Made by a program: the position numbers and the translations under genes
Notes under the pieces: generated by a model
Databases searched by the model: none
Seen by the model: the letters and a program-made list of their open reading frames with translations, nothing else
What the model was told of the DNA's origin: nothing
Assembly (NCBI GenBank): GCA_964016885.1
Contig: OZ024745.1
Coordinates: forward strand, 6,758,001-6,822,000
Reading direction: 5' to 3'
Origin: Eledone cirrhosa
Taxonomy: Eukaryota
DNA: 64,000 nucleotides
Shown here: one piece after another, positions 1 through 12,500 of the stretch
How the letters are laid out: every line of letters starts with the position of its first letter
How positions within the stretch are numbered: the first letter of the stretch is position 1

Positions 1-3000
1 CTGTACAATATGGCAGCCAGTACTATGGTGGCTGTACAATATAGCAGTCAGTACTATGGTGGCTCTACAATATGGCATCCAATACTATGGTGGCTGTACA
101 ACATTGCAGCCAGTATTATGGTGGCTGTACAATATGGCAGTCAGTACTATGGTGGCTCTACAATATGGCCGCCAATACTATGGTGGCTGTACAATATGGC
201 AGTCAGTACCATAGTGGCTGTACAATATGGCAGCCAGTACTATGGTGGCTCTACAATATGGCAGCCAGTACTATGGTGGCTGTACAATATTGCAGCTAGT
301 ACTATGGTGGCCGTACAATATGGCAGCCAGTTCTATGGTGGCTGTACAATATGGCAGCCAGTACTATTGTGGCTCAACAATATGGCAGCCAGTACTATGG
401 TGGCTGTACAATATGGCAGCCAGTACTATGGTGGCTGTACAATATGGCAGCCAGTACTATGGTGGCTGTACAATATGGTAGCCAGTACTATGGTGGCTGT
501 ACAATATGGCAGCCAGTACTATGGTGGCTCTACAATATGGCCCCCAGTTCTATGGTGGCTGTACAATATGGCAGCCAGTACTATGGTGGCTCTACAATAT
601 GGCAGCCAATACTATGGTGGCTGTACAATATGGCAGCCAGTACTATGGTGGCTGTACAATATGGCAGCCAGTGCTAAGGTGGCTCTACAATATGGCAGCC
701 AGTACTATGGTGGCTGTACAATATGGCAGCCAGTTCTATGGTGGCTGTACAATATGGCAGGCAGTACTATTGTGGCTCAACAATATGGCAGCCAGTACTA
801 TGGTGGCTCTACAATATGGCAGCCAGTACTATGGTGGCTCTACAATATGGCAGCCAGTACTATGGTGGCTCTACAATATGGCAGCTAGTACTATGGTGGC
901 TGTACAATATTGCAGCTAGTACTATGGTGGCTGTACAATATGGCAGCCAGTTCTATGGTGGCTGTACAATATGGCAGCCAGTACTATTGTGGCTCAACAA
1001 TATGGCAGCCAGTACTATGGTGGCTCTACAATATGGCAGCCAGTACTATGGTGGCTGTACAATATGGCAGCCAGTACTATGGTGGCTGTACAATATGGTA
1101 GCCAGTACTATGGTGGCTTTACAATATGGCCGCCAGTTCTATGGTGGCTGTACAATATGGCAGCCAGTACTATGGTGGCTCTACAATGTGGCAGCCAATA
1201 CTATGGTGGCTGTACAATATGGCAACCAGTACTATGGTGGCTGTACAATATGGCAGCCAGTTCTATGGTGGCTCTACAATATGGCAGCCAGTACTATGGT
1301 GGCTGTACAATATGGCAGCCAGTACTATGGTGGCTCTACAATATGGAAGCCAGTAGTATGGTGGCTGTATAATATGGCAGCCAGTACTATGGTGGCTCTA
1401 CAGTATGGCAGCCAGTACTATGGTGGCTCTACAATATGGCAGCCAGTACTATGGTGGGTGTACAATATGGCAGCCAGTACTATGGTGGCTGTACAATATG
1501 GCAGCCAGTACTATGGTGGCTGTACAATATGGCAGCCAGTACTATGGTGGCTGTACAATATGGCAGCCAGTAATATGGTGGCTGTACAATATGGCAGCCA
1601 GTACTATGGTGGCAGTACAATATGGCAGCCAGTACTATGGTGGCTCTACAATATGGCAGCCAGTACTATGGTGGCTGTACAATATGGCAGCCAGTACTAT
1701 GGTGGCTGTACAATATGGCAGCCAGTACTATGGTGGCTGTACAATATGGCAGCCAGTACTATGGTGGCTGTACAATATGGCAGCCAGTAATATGGTGGCT
1801 GTACAATATGGCAGCCAGTACTATGGTGGCTGTACAATATGGCAGCCAGTACTATGGTGGGTCTACAATATGGCAGCCAGTACTATGGTCGCTGTACAAT
1901 ATGGCAGCCAGTACTATGGTGGATGTACAATATGGCAGCCAGTACTATGGTGGCTCTACAATATGGCAGCCAGTACTATGGTGGCTGTACAATATTGCAG
2001 CTAGTACTATGGTGGCTGTACAATATGGCAGCCAGTTCTATGGTGGCTGTACAATATGGCAGCCAGTACTATTGTGGCTCAACAATAGGGCAGCCAGTAC
2101 TATGGTGGCTCTACAATATGGCAGCCAGTACTATGGTGGCTGTACAATATGGCAGTAGTACTATGGTGGCTGTACAATATGGTAGCCAGTACTATGGTGG
2201 CTGTACAATATGTCAGCCAGTACTATGCTGGCTGTACAATATGGCAGCCAGTACTATGGTGGCTCTACAATATGGCAGCCAGTACTATGGTGGCTCTACA
2301 ATATGGCAGCCAGTGCTATGGTGGCTCTACAATATGGCAGCCAGTTCTATGGTGGCTGTACAATATGGCAGCCAGTACTATGGTGGCTGTACAATATGGC
2401 AGCCAGTACTATGGTGGCTGTACAATATAGCAGTCAGTACTATGGTGGCTCTACAATATGGCATCCAATACTATGGTGGCTGTACAACATTGCAGCCAGT
2501 ATTATGGTGGCTGTACAATATGGCAGTCAGTACTATGGTGGCTCTACAATATGGCCGCCAATACTATGGTGGCTGTACAATATGGCAGTCAGTACCATAG
2601 TGGCTGTACAATATGGCAGCCAGTACTATGGTGGCTCTACAATATGGCAGCCAGTACTATGGTGGCTGTACAATATTGCAGCTAGTACTATGGTGGCCGT
2701 ACAATATGGCAGCCAGTTCTATGGTGGCTGTACAATATGGCAGCCAGTACTATTGTGGCTCAACAATATGGCAGCCAGTACTATGGTGGCTGTACAATAT
2801 GGCAGCCAGTACTATGGTGGCTGTACAATATGGCAGCCAGTACTATGGTGGCTGTACAATATGGTAGCCAGTACTATGGTGGCTGTACAATATGGCAGCC
2901 AGTACTATGGTGGCTCTACAATATGGCCCCCAGTTCTATGGTGGCTGTACAATATGGCAGCCAGTACTATGGTGGCTCTACAATATGGCAGCCAATACTA

Positions 3001-3130
3001 TGGTGGCTGTACAATATGGCAGCCAGTACTATGGTGGCTGTACAATATGGCAGCCAGTGCTAAGGTGGCTCTACAATATGGCAGCCAGTACTATGGTGGC
3101 TGTACAATATGGCAGCCAGTTCTATGGTGG
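1..3130. repeat. Block about 1-750 duplicated at about 2387-3130 (offset 2386 = 77x31 - 1)
   Basis: Identical ORFs 72/2458, 227/2613 and 351/2737. Private markers GTACCATAG (about 206/2592) and GGCCCCCAG (about 539/2925) are shared only by these two copies. Confidence 0.9.
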
Positions 3131-6100
3131 CTCTACAATATGACAGCCAGTACTATGGTGGCTCTACAATATGGCAGCCAGTACTATTCTGGCTGTACAA
3201 TATGGCAGCCAGTACTATTCTGGCTGTACAATATGGAAGCCAGTACTATGGTGGCTGTATAATATGGCAGCCAGTACTATGGTGGCTGTACAATATGGTA
3301 GCCAGTACTATGGTGGCTGTACAGTATGGCAGCCAGTACTATGGTGGCTCTACAATATAGCAGCCAGTGCTATGGTGGCTGTACAATATGGCAGCCAGTA
3401 CTATGGTGGCTGTACAATATGGCAGCCAGTACTATGGTGGCTGTACAATATGGCAGCCAGTACTATGGTGGCTGTACAATATGGCAGCCAGTACTATGGT
3501 GGCTCTACAATATGGCAGCCAGTGCTATGGTGGCTCTACTATATGGCAGCCAGTTCTATGGGGGCTGTACAATATGGCAGCCAGTACTATGGTGGCTGTA
3601 CAATATAGCAGCCAGTACTATGGTGGCTATACGATATGGCAGCCAGTACTATGGTGGCAGTACAATATGGCAGCCAGTACTATGGTGGCTGTACAATATG
3701 GCAGCCAGTACTATGGTGGCTCTACAATATGGCAGCCAGTACTATTCTGGCTGTACAATATGGCAGCCAGTACTATTCTGGCTGTACAGTATGGCAGCCA
3801 GTACTATGGTGGCTCTACAATATAGCAGCCAGTGCTACGGTGGCTGTACAATATGGCAGCCAGTACTATGGTGGCTGTACAATATGGCAGCCAGTACTAT
3901 GGGGGCTGTATAATATGGCAGCAAGTAGTATGGTGGCTGTACAATATGGCAGCCAGTACTATGGTGACTGTACAATATGGCAGCCAGTACTATGGTGGCT
4001 CTACAATATGGCAGCCAGTGCTATGGTGGCTCTACAATATGGCAGCCAGTTCTATGGGGGCTGTACAATATGGCAGCCAGTACTATGGTGGCTGTACAAT
4101 ATGGCAGCCAGTACTATGGTGGCTATACGATATGGCAGCCAGTACTATGGTGGCTGTACAATATGGCAGCCAGTACTATGGTGGCTGTACAATATGGCAG
4201 CCAATACTATGGTGGCTGTACAATATGGCAGTCAGTACTATGGTGGCTCTACAATATGGCAGCCAGTACTATGGTGGTTCTACAATATGGCAGCTAGTAC
4301 TATGGTGGCTGTACAATATTGCAGCTAGTACTATGGTGGCTGTACAATATGGCAGCCAGTTCTATGGTGGCTGTACAATATGGCAGCCAGTACTATTGTG
4401 GCTCTACAATATGGCAGCCAGTACTATGGTGGCTGTACAATATGGCAGCCAGTACTATGGTGGCTGTACAATATGGTAGCCAGTACTATGGTGGCTGTAC
4501 AATATGGCCGCCAGTTCTATGGTGGCTGTACAATATGGCAGCCAGTACTATGGTGGCTCTACAATGTGGCAGCCAATACTATGGTGGCTGTACAATATGG
4601 CAGCCAGTACTATGGTGGCTGTACAATATGGCAGCCAGTTCTATGGTGGCTCTACAATATGGCAGCCAGTACTATGGTGGCTGTACAATATGGCAGCCAG
4701 TACTATGGTGGCTCTACAATATGGAAGCCAGTAGTATGGTGGCTGTATAATATGGCAGCCAGTACTATGGTGGCTGTACAGTATGGCAGCCAGTACTATG
4801 GTGGCTCTACAATATGGCAGCCAGTACTATGGTGGCTGTACAATATGGCAGCCAGTACTATGGTGGCTGTACAATATGGCAGCCAGTACTATGGTGGCTG
4901 TACAATATGGCAGCCAGTAATATGGTGGCTGTACAATATAGCAGCCAGTACTATGGTGGCTGTACAATACGGCAGCCAGTACTATGGTGGCAGTACAATA
5001 TGGCAGCCACTAATATGGTGGCTGTACAATATGACAGCCAGTACTATGGTGGCTGTACAATATGGCAGCCAGTAATATGGTGGCTGTACAATATGGCAGC
5101 CAGTACTATGGTGGCAGTACAATATGGCAGCCAGTACTATGGTGGCTCTACAATATGGCAGCCAGTACTATGGTGGCTGTACAATATGGCAGCCAGTACT
5201 ATGGTGGCTGTACAATATGGCAGCCAGTACTATGGTGGCTGTACAATATGGCAGCCAGTACTATGGTGGCTGTACAATATGGCAGCCAGTACTATGGTGG
5301 CTGTACAATATGGCAGCCAGTAATATGGTGGCTGTACAATATGGCAGCCAGTACTATGGTGGCTGTACAATATGGCAGCCAGTACTATGGTGGGTCTACA
5401 ATATGGCAGCCAGTACTATGGTCGCTGTACAATATGCCAGCCAGTACTATGGTGGCTCTACAATATGGCAGCCAGTACTATGGTGGCTCTACAATATGGC
5501 AGCCAGTACTATGGTGGCTGTACAATATTGCAGCTAGTACTATGGTGGCTGTACAATATGGCAGCCCGTTCTATGGTGGCTGTACAATATGGCAGCCAGT
5601 ACTATTGTGGATCAACAATATGGCAGCCAGTACTATGGTGGCTCTACAATATGGCAGCCATACTATGGTGGCTGTACAATATGGCAGTAGTACTATGGTG
5701 GCTGTACAATATGGTAGCCAGTACTATGGTGGCTGTACAATATGGCAGCCAGTACTATGGTGGCTGTACAATATGGCAGCCAGTACTATGGTGGCTCTAC
5801 AATATGGCAGCCAGTACTATGGTGGCTCTACAATATGGCAGCCAGTGCTATGGTGGCTCTACAATATGGCAGCCAGTTCTATGGTGGCTGTACAATATGG
5901 CAGCCAGTACTATGGTGGCTGTACAATATGGCAGCCAGTACTATGGTGGCTGTACAATATAGAAGTCAGTACTATGGTGGCTCTACAATATGGCATCCAA
6001 TACTATGGTGGCTGTACAACATTGCAGCCAGTATTATGGTGGCTGTACAATATGGCAGTCAGTACTATGGTGGCTCTACAATATGGCCGCCAATACTATG

Positions 6101-7260
6101 GTGGCTGTACAATATGGCAGTCAGTACTATAGTGGCTGTACAATATGGCAGCCAGTACTATGGTGGCTCTACAATATGGCAGCCAGTACTATGGTGGCTG
6201 TACAATATTGCAGCTAGTAATATGGTGGCCGTACAATATGGCAGCCAGTTCTATGGTGGCTGTACAATATGGCAGCCAGTACTATTGTGGCTCAACAATA
6301 TGGCAGCCAGTACTATGGTGGCTGTACAATATGGCAGCCAGTACTATGGTGGCTGTACAATATGGCAGCCAGTACTATGGTGGCTGTACAATATGGTAGC
6401 CAGTACTATGGTGGCTGTACAATATGGCAGCCAGTACTATGGTGGCTCTACAATATGGCCGCCAGTTCTATGGTGGCTGTACAATATGGCAGCCAGTACT
6501 ATGGTGGCTCTACAATATGGCAGCCAATACTATGGTGGCTGTACAATATGGCAGCCAGTACTATGGTGGCTGTACAATATGGCAGCCAGTGCTAAGGTGG
6601 CTCTACAATATGGCAGCCAGTACTATGGTGGCTGTACAATATGGCAGCCAGTTCTATGGTGGCTCTACAATATAACAGCCAGTACTATGGTGGCTGTACA
6701 ATATGGCAGCCAGTACTATGGTGGCTCTACAATATGGCAGCCAGTACTATTCTGGCTGTACAATATGGCAGCCAGTACTATTCTGGCTGTACAATATGGA
6801 AGCCAGTACTATGGTGGCTGTATAATATGGCAGCCAGTACTATGGTGGCTGTACAGTATGGCAGCCAGTACTAAGGTGGCTCTACAATATAGCAGCCAGT
6901 GCTATGGTGGCTGTACAATATGGCAGCCAGTACTATGGTGGCTGTACAATATGGCAGCCAGTACTATGGTGGCTGTACAATATGGCAGCCAGTACTATGG
7001 TGGCTGTACAATATGGCAGCCAGTACTATGGTGGCTCTACAATATGGCAGCCAGTGCTATGGTGGCTCTACTATATGGCAGCCAGTTCTATGGGGGCTGT
7101 ACAATATGGCAGCCAGTACTATGGTGGCTGTACAATATAGCAGCCAGTACTATGGTGGCTATACGATATGGCAGCCAGTACTATGGTGGCTGTACAATAT
7201 GGCAGCCAGTACTATGGTGGCTGTACAATATGGCAGCCAGTACTATGGTGGCAGTACAAT
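860..7260. repeat. About 3.4-3.5-kb higher-order tandem pair (about 860-3680 vs about 4270-7260)
   Basis: Offsets: 910/4319 = 3409, 1126/4504 = 3378, 1839/5372 = 3533, 2458/5990 = 3532. Shared rare markers: GGGTCTAC, GGTCGCTG and the 30-bp GCAGTAG monomer (2149/5681). Confidence 0.85.
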
Positions 7261-9544
7261 ATGGCATCCAGTACTATAGTGGCTGTACAATATAGCAGTC
7301 AGTACTATGGTGGCTCTACAATATGGCAGCCAATACTATGGTGGCTGTACAACATTGCAGCCAGTATTATGGTGGCTGTACAATATGGCAGTCAGTACTA
7401 TGGTGGCTCTACAATATGGCAGCCAATACTATGGTGGCTGTACAATATGGCAGTCAGTACTATGGTGGCTCTACAATATGGCAGCCAGTACTATGGTGGC
7501 TCTACAATATGGCAGCCAGTACTATGGTGGCTGTACAATATTGCAGCTAGTACTATGGTGGCTGTACAATATGGCAGCCAGTTCTATGGTGGCTGTACAA
7601 TATGGCAGCCAGTACTATTGTGGTTCAACAATATGGCAGCCAGTACTATGGTGGCTCTACAATATGGCAGCCAGTACTATGGTGGCTGTACAATATGGCA
7701 GCCAGTGCTAAGGTGGCTCTACAATATGGCAGCCAGTACTATGGTGGCTGTACAATATGGCAGCCAGTACTATGGTGGCTCTACAATATGGCAGCCATTA
7801 CTATTCTGGCTGTAGAATATGGCAGCCAGTACTATTCTGGCTGTACAATATGGAAGCCAGTAGTATGGTGGCTGTATAATATGGCAGCCAGTACTATGGT
7901 GGCTGTACAGTATGGCAGCCAGTACTATGGTGGCTCTACAATATAGCAGCCAGTGCTATGGTGGCTGTACAATATGGCAGCCAGTACTATGGTGGCTGTA
8001 CAATATGGCAGCCAGTACTATGGTGGCTGTATAATATGGCAGCCAGTACTATGGTGGCTGTACAATATGGCAGCCAGTACTATGGTGGCTGTACAATATG
8101 GCAGCCAGTACTATGGTGGCTCTACAATATGGCAGCCAGTGCTATGGTGGCTGTACATTATGGCAGCCAGTACTATGGTGGATGTACAATATGGCAGCCA
8201 GTACTATTGTGGCTGTACAATATGGCAGCCAGTACTATGGTGGCTGTACAATATGGCAGCCAGTACGATGGTGGCTGTACAATATGGCAGCCAGTACTAT
8301 GGTGGCTCTACAATATGGCAGCCAGTACTATGGTGGCTCTACAATATGGCCGCCAGTTCTATGGTGGCTGTACAATATGGCAGCCAGTACTATGGTGGCT
8401 CTACAATATGGCAGCCAATAATATGGTGGCTGTACAATATGGCAGCCAGTAATATGGTGGCTGTACAATATGGCAGCCAGTGCTAAGATGGCTCTACAAT
8501 ATGGCAGCCAGTACTATTCTGGCTGTACAGTATGGCAGCCAGTACTATGGTGGCTCTACAATATAGCAGCCAGTGCTATGGTGGCTGTACAATATGGCAG
8601 CCAGTACTATGGTGGCTGTACAATATGGCAGCCAGTACTATGGGGGCTGTATAATATGGCAGCAAGTAGTATGGTGGCAGTACAATATGGCAGCCAGTAC
8701 TATGGTGGCTGTACAATATGACAGCCAGTACTATGGTGGCTCTACAATATGGCAGCCAGTGCTATGGTGGCTCTACAATATGGCAGCCAGTTCTATGGGG
8801 GCTGTACAATATGGCAGCCAGTACTATGGTGGCTGTACAATATGGCAGCCAGTACTATGGTGGCTATACGATATGTCAGCCAGTACTATGGTGGCTCTAC
8901 AATATGGCAGCCAGTACTATTCTGGCTGTACAATATGGCAGCCAGTACTATTCTGGCTGTACAATATGGAAGCCAGTACTATGGTGGCTGTATAATATGG
9001 CAGCCAGTACTATGGTGGCTCTACAATATGGCAGCCAGTGCTATGGTGGCTCTACAATATGGCAGCCAGTACTATGATGGCTGTACAATATGGCAGCCAA
9101 TACTATGGTGGCTGTACAATATGGCAGTCAGTACTATGGTGGCTCTACAATATGGCAGCCAGTACTATGGTGCCTCTACAATATGGCAGCCAGTACTATT
9201 CTGGCTGTACAATATGGCAGCCAGTACTATTCTGGCTGTACAATATGGAAGCCAGTACTATGGTGGCTGTATAATATGGCAGCCAGTACTATGGTGGCTG
9301 TACAGTATGGCAGCCAGTACTATGGTGGCTCTACAATATAGCAGCCAGTGCTATGGTGGCTGTACAATATGGCAGCCAGTACTATGGTGGCTGTACAATA
9401 TGGCAGCCAGTACTATGGTGGCTGTACAATATGGCAGCCAGTACTATGGTGGCTGTACAATCTGGCAGCCAGTACTATGGTGGCTCTACAATATGGCAGC
9501 CAGTGCTATGGTGGCTCTACTATATGGCAGCCAGTTCTATGGGG

Positions 9545-12500
9545 GCTGTACAATATGGCAGCCAGTACTATGGTGGCTGTACAATATAGCAGCCAGTACT
9601 ATGGTGGCTATACGATATGGCAGCCAGTACTATGGTGGCTGTACAATATGGCAGCCAGTACTATGGTGGCTGTACAATATGGCAGCCAGTACTATGGTGG
9701 CAGTACAATATGGCAGCCAGTACTATAGTGGCTGTACAATATAGCAGTCAGTACTATGGTGGCTCTACAATATGGCAGCCAATACTATGGTGGCTGTACA
9801 ACATTGCAGCCAGTATTATGGTGGCTGTACAATATGGCAGTCAGTACTATGGTGGCTCTACAATATGGCAGCCAATACTATGGTGGCTGTACAATATGGC
9901 AGCCAGTACTATGGTGGCTCTACAATATGACAGCCAGTACTATGGTGGCTGTACAATATTGCAGCTAGTACTATGGTGGCTGTACAATATGGCAGCCAGT
10001 TCTATGGTGGCTGTACAATATGGCAGCCAGTAATATTGTGGTTCAACAATATGGCAGCCAGTACTATGGTGGCTCTACAATATGGCAGCCAGTACTATGG
10101 TGGCTGTACAATATGGCAGCCAGTACTATGGTGGCTGTACAATATGGTAGCCAGTACTATGGTGGCTGTACAATATGGCAGCCAGTACTATGGTGGCTCT
10201 ACAATATGGCCGCCAGTTCTATGGTGGCTGTACAATATGGCAGCCAGTACTATGGTGGCTCTACAATGTGGCAGCCAATACTATGGAGGCTCTACAACAT
10301 AGCAGCCAGTACTATGGTGGCTGTACAATATGGCAGCCAGTGCTAAGGTGGCTCTACAATATAGCAGCCAGTACTATGGTGGCTGTACAATATGGCAGCC
10401 AGTTCTATGGTGGCTCTACAATATGGCAGCCAATACTATGGTGGCTGTACAATATGGCAGCCAGTACTATGGTGGCTCTACAATATGGCAGCCAGTATTA
10501 TTCTGGCTGTAGAATATGGCAGCCAGTACTATTCTGGCTGTACAATATGGAAGCCAGTAGTATGGTGGCTGTATAATATGGCAGCCAGTACTATGGTGGC
10601 TGTACAGTATGGCAGCCAGTACTATGGTGGCTCTACAATATAGCAGCCAGTGCTATGGTGGCTGTACAATATGGCAGCCAGTACTATGGTGGCTGTACAA
10701 TATGGCAGCCAGTACTATGGTGGCTGTATAATATGGCAGCCAGTACTATGGTGGCTGTACAATATGGCAGCCAGTACTATGGTGGCTGTACAATATGGCA
10801 GCCAGTACTATGGTGGCTCTACGATATGGCAGCCAGTGCTATGGTGGCTGTACATTATGGCATCCAGTACTATGGTGGCTGTACAATATGGCAGCCAGTA
10901 CTATTGTGGCTGTACAATATGGCAGCCAGTACTATGGTGGCTGTACAATATGGCAGCCAGTACGATGGTGGCTGTACAATATGGCAGCCAGTACTATGGT
11001 GGCTCTACAATATGGCAGCCAGTACTATGGTGGCTCTACAATATGGCCGCCAGTTCTATGGTGGCTGTACAATATGGCAGCCAGTACTATGGTGGCTCTA
11101 CAATATGGCAGCCAATAATATGGTGGCTGTACAATATGGCAGCCAGTAATATGGTGGCTGTACAATATGGCAGCCAGTGCTAAGGTGGCTCTACAATATG
11201 GCAGCCAGTACTATGGTGGCTGTACAATGTGGCAGCCAGTACTATGGTGGCTGTACAATATGGCAGCCAGTACTATGGTGGCTCTACAACATAGCAGCCA
11301 GTACTATGGTGGCTGTACAATATTGCAGCTAGTACTATGGTGGCTGTACAATATGGCAGCCAGTTCTATGGTGGCTGTACAATATGGCAGCCAGTACTAT
11401 TGTGGCTCAACAATATGGCAGCCAGTACTATGGTGGCTCTACAATATGGCAGCCAGTACTATGGTGGCTTTACAATATGGCAGCCAGTACTATGGTGGCT
11501 GTACAATATGGTAGCCAGTACTATGGTGGCTGTACAATATGGCAGCTAGTACTATGGTGGCTCTAGAATATGGCCGCCAGTTCTATGGTGGCTGTACAAT
11601 ATGGCAGCCAGTACTATGGTGGCTGTACAATATGGCAGCCAGTACTATGGTGGCTGTACAATATGGCAGCCAGTTCTATGGTGGCTCTACAATATGGCAG
11701 CCAGTACTATGGTGGCTGTACAATATGGCAGCCAGTACTATGGTGGCTGTACAATATGGTAGCCAGTACTATTCTGGTTGTAGAATATGGCAGCCAGTAC
11801 TATTCTGGCTGTACAATATGGAAGCCAGTAGTATGGTGGCTGTATAATATGGCAGCCAGTACTATGGTGGCTGTACAGTATGGCAGCCAGTACTATGGTG
11901 GCTCTACAATATAGCAGCCAGTGCTATGGTGGCTGTACAATATGGCAGCCAGTACTATGGTGGCTCTACAATATGGCAGCCAGTGCTATGGTGGCTCTAC
12001 TATATGGCAGCCAGTTCTATGGGGGCTGTACAATATGGCAGCCAGTACTATGGTGGCTGTACAATATAGCAGCCAGTACTATGGTGGCTATACGATATGG
12101 CAGCCAGTACTATGGTGGCTGTACAATATGGCAGCCAATACTATGGTGGCTGTACAATATAGCAGTCAGTACTATGGTGGCTCTACAATATGGCAGCCAA
12201 TACTATGGTGGCTGTACAACATTGCAGCCAGTATTATGGTGGCTGTACAATATGGCAGTCAGTACTATGGTGGCTCTACAATATGGCAGCCAATACTATG
12301 GTGGCTGTACAATATGGCAGTCAGTATAATGGTGGCTCTACAATATGGCAGCCAGTACTATGGTGGCTCTACAATATGGCAGCCAGTACTATGGTGGCTG
12401 TACAATATTGCAGCTAGTACTATGGTGGCTGTACAATATGGCAGCCAGTTCTATGGTGGCTGTACAATATGGCAGCCAGTACTATTGTGGTTCAACAATA

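Noticed and set aside
1360-1380. TATAAT hexamers (for example GCTGTATAAT) as -10 promoter boxes
   Set aside because: They are a single C>T variant of TACAAT repeated dozens of times, with no -35 element or downstream gene.
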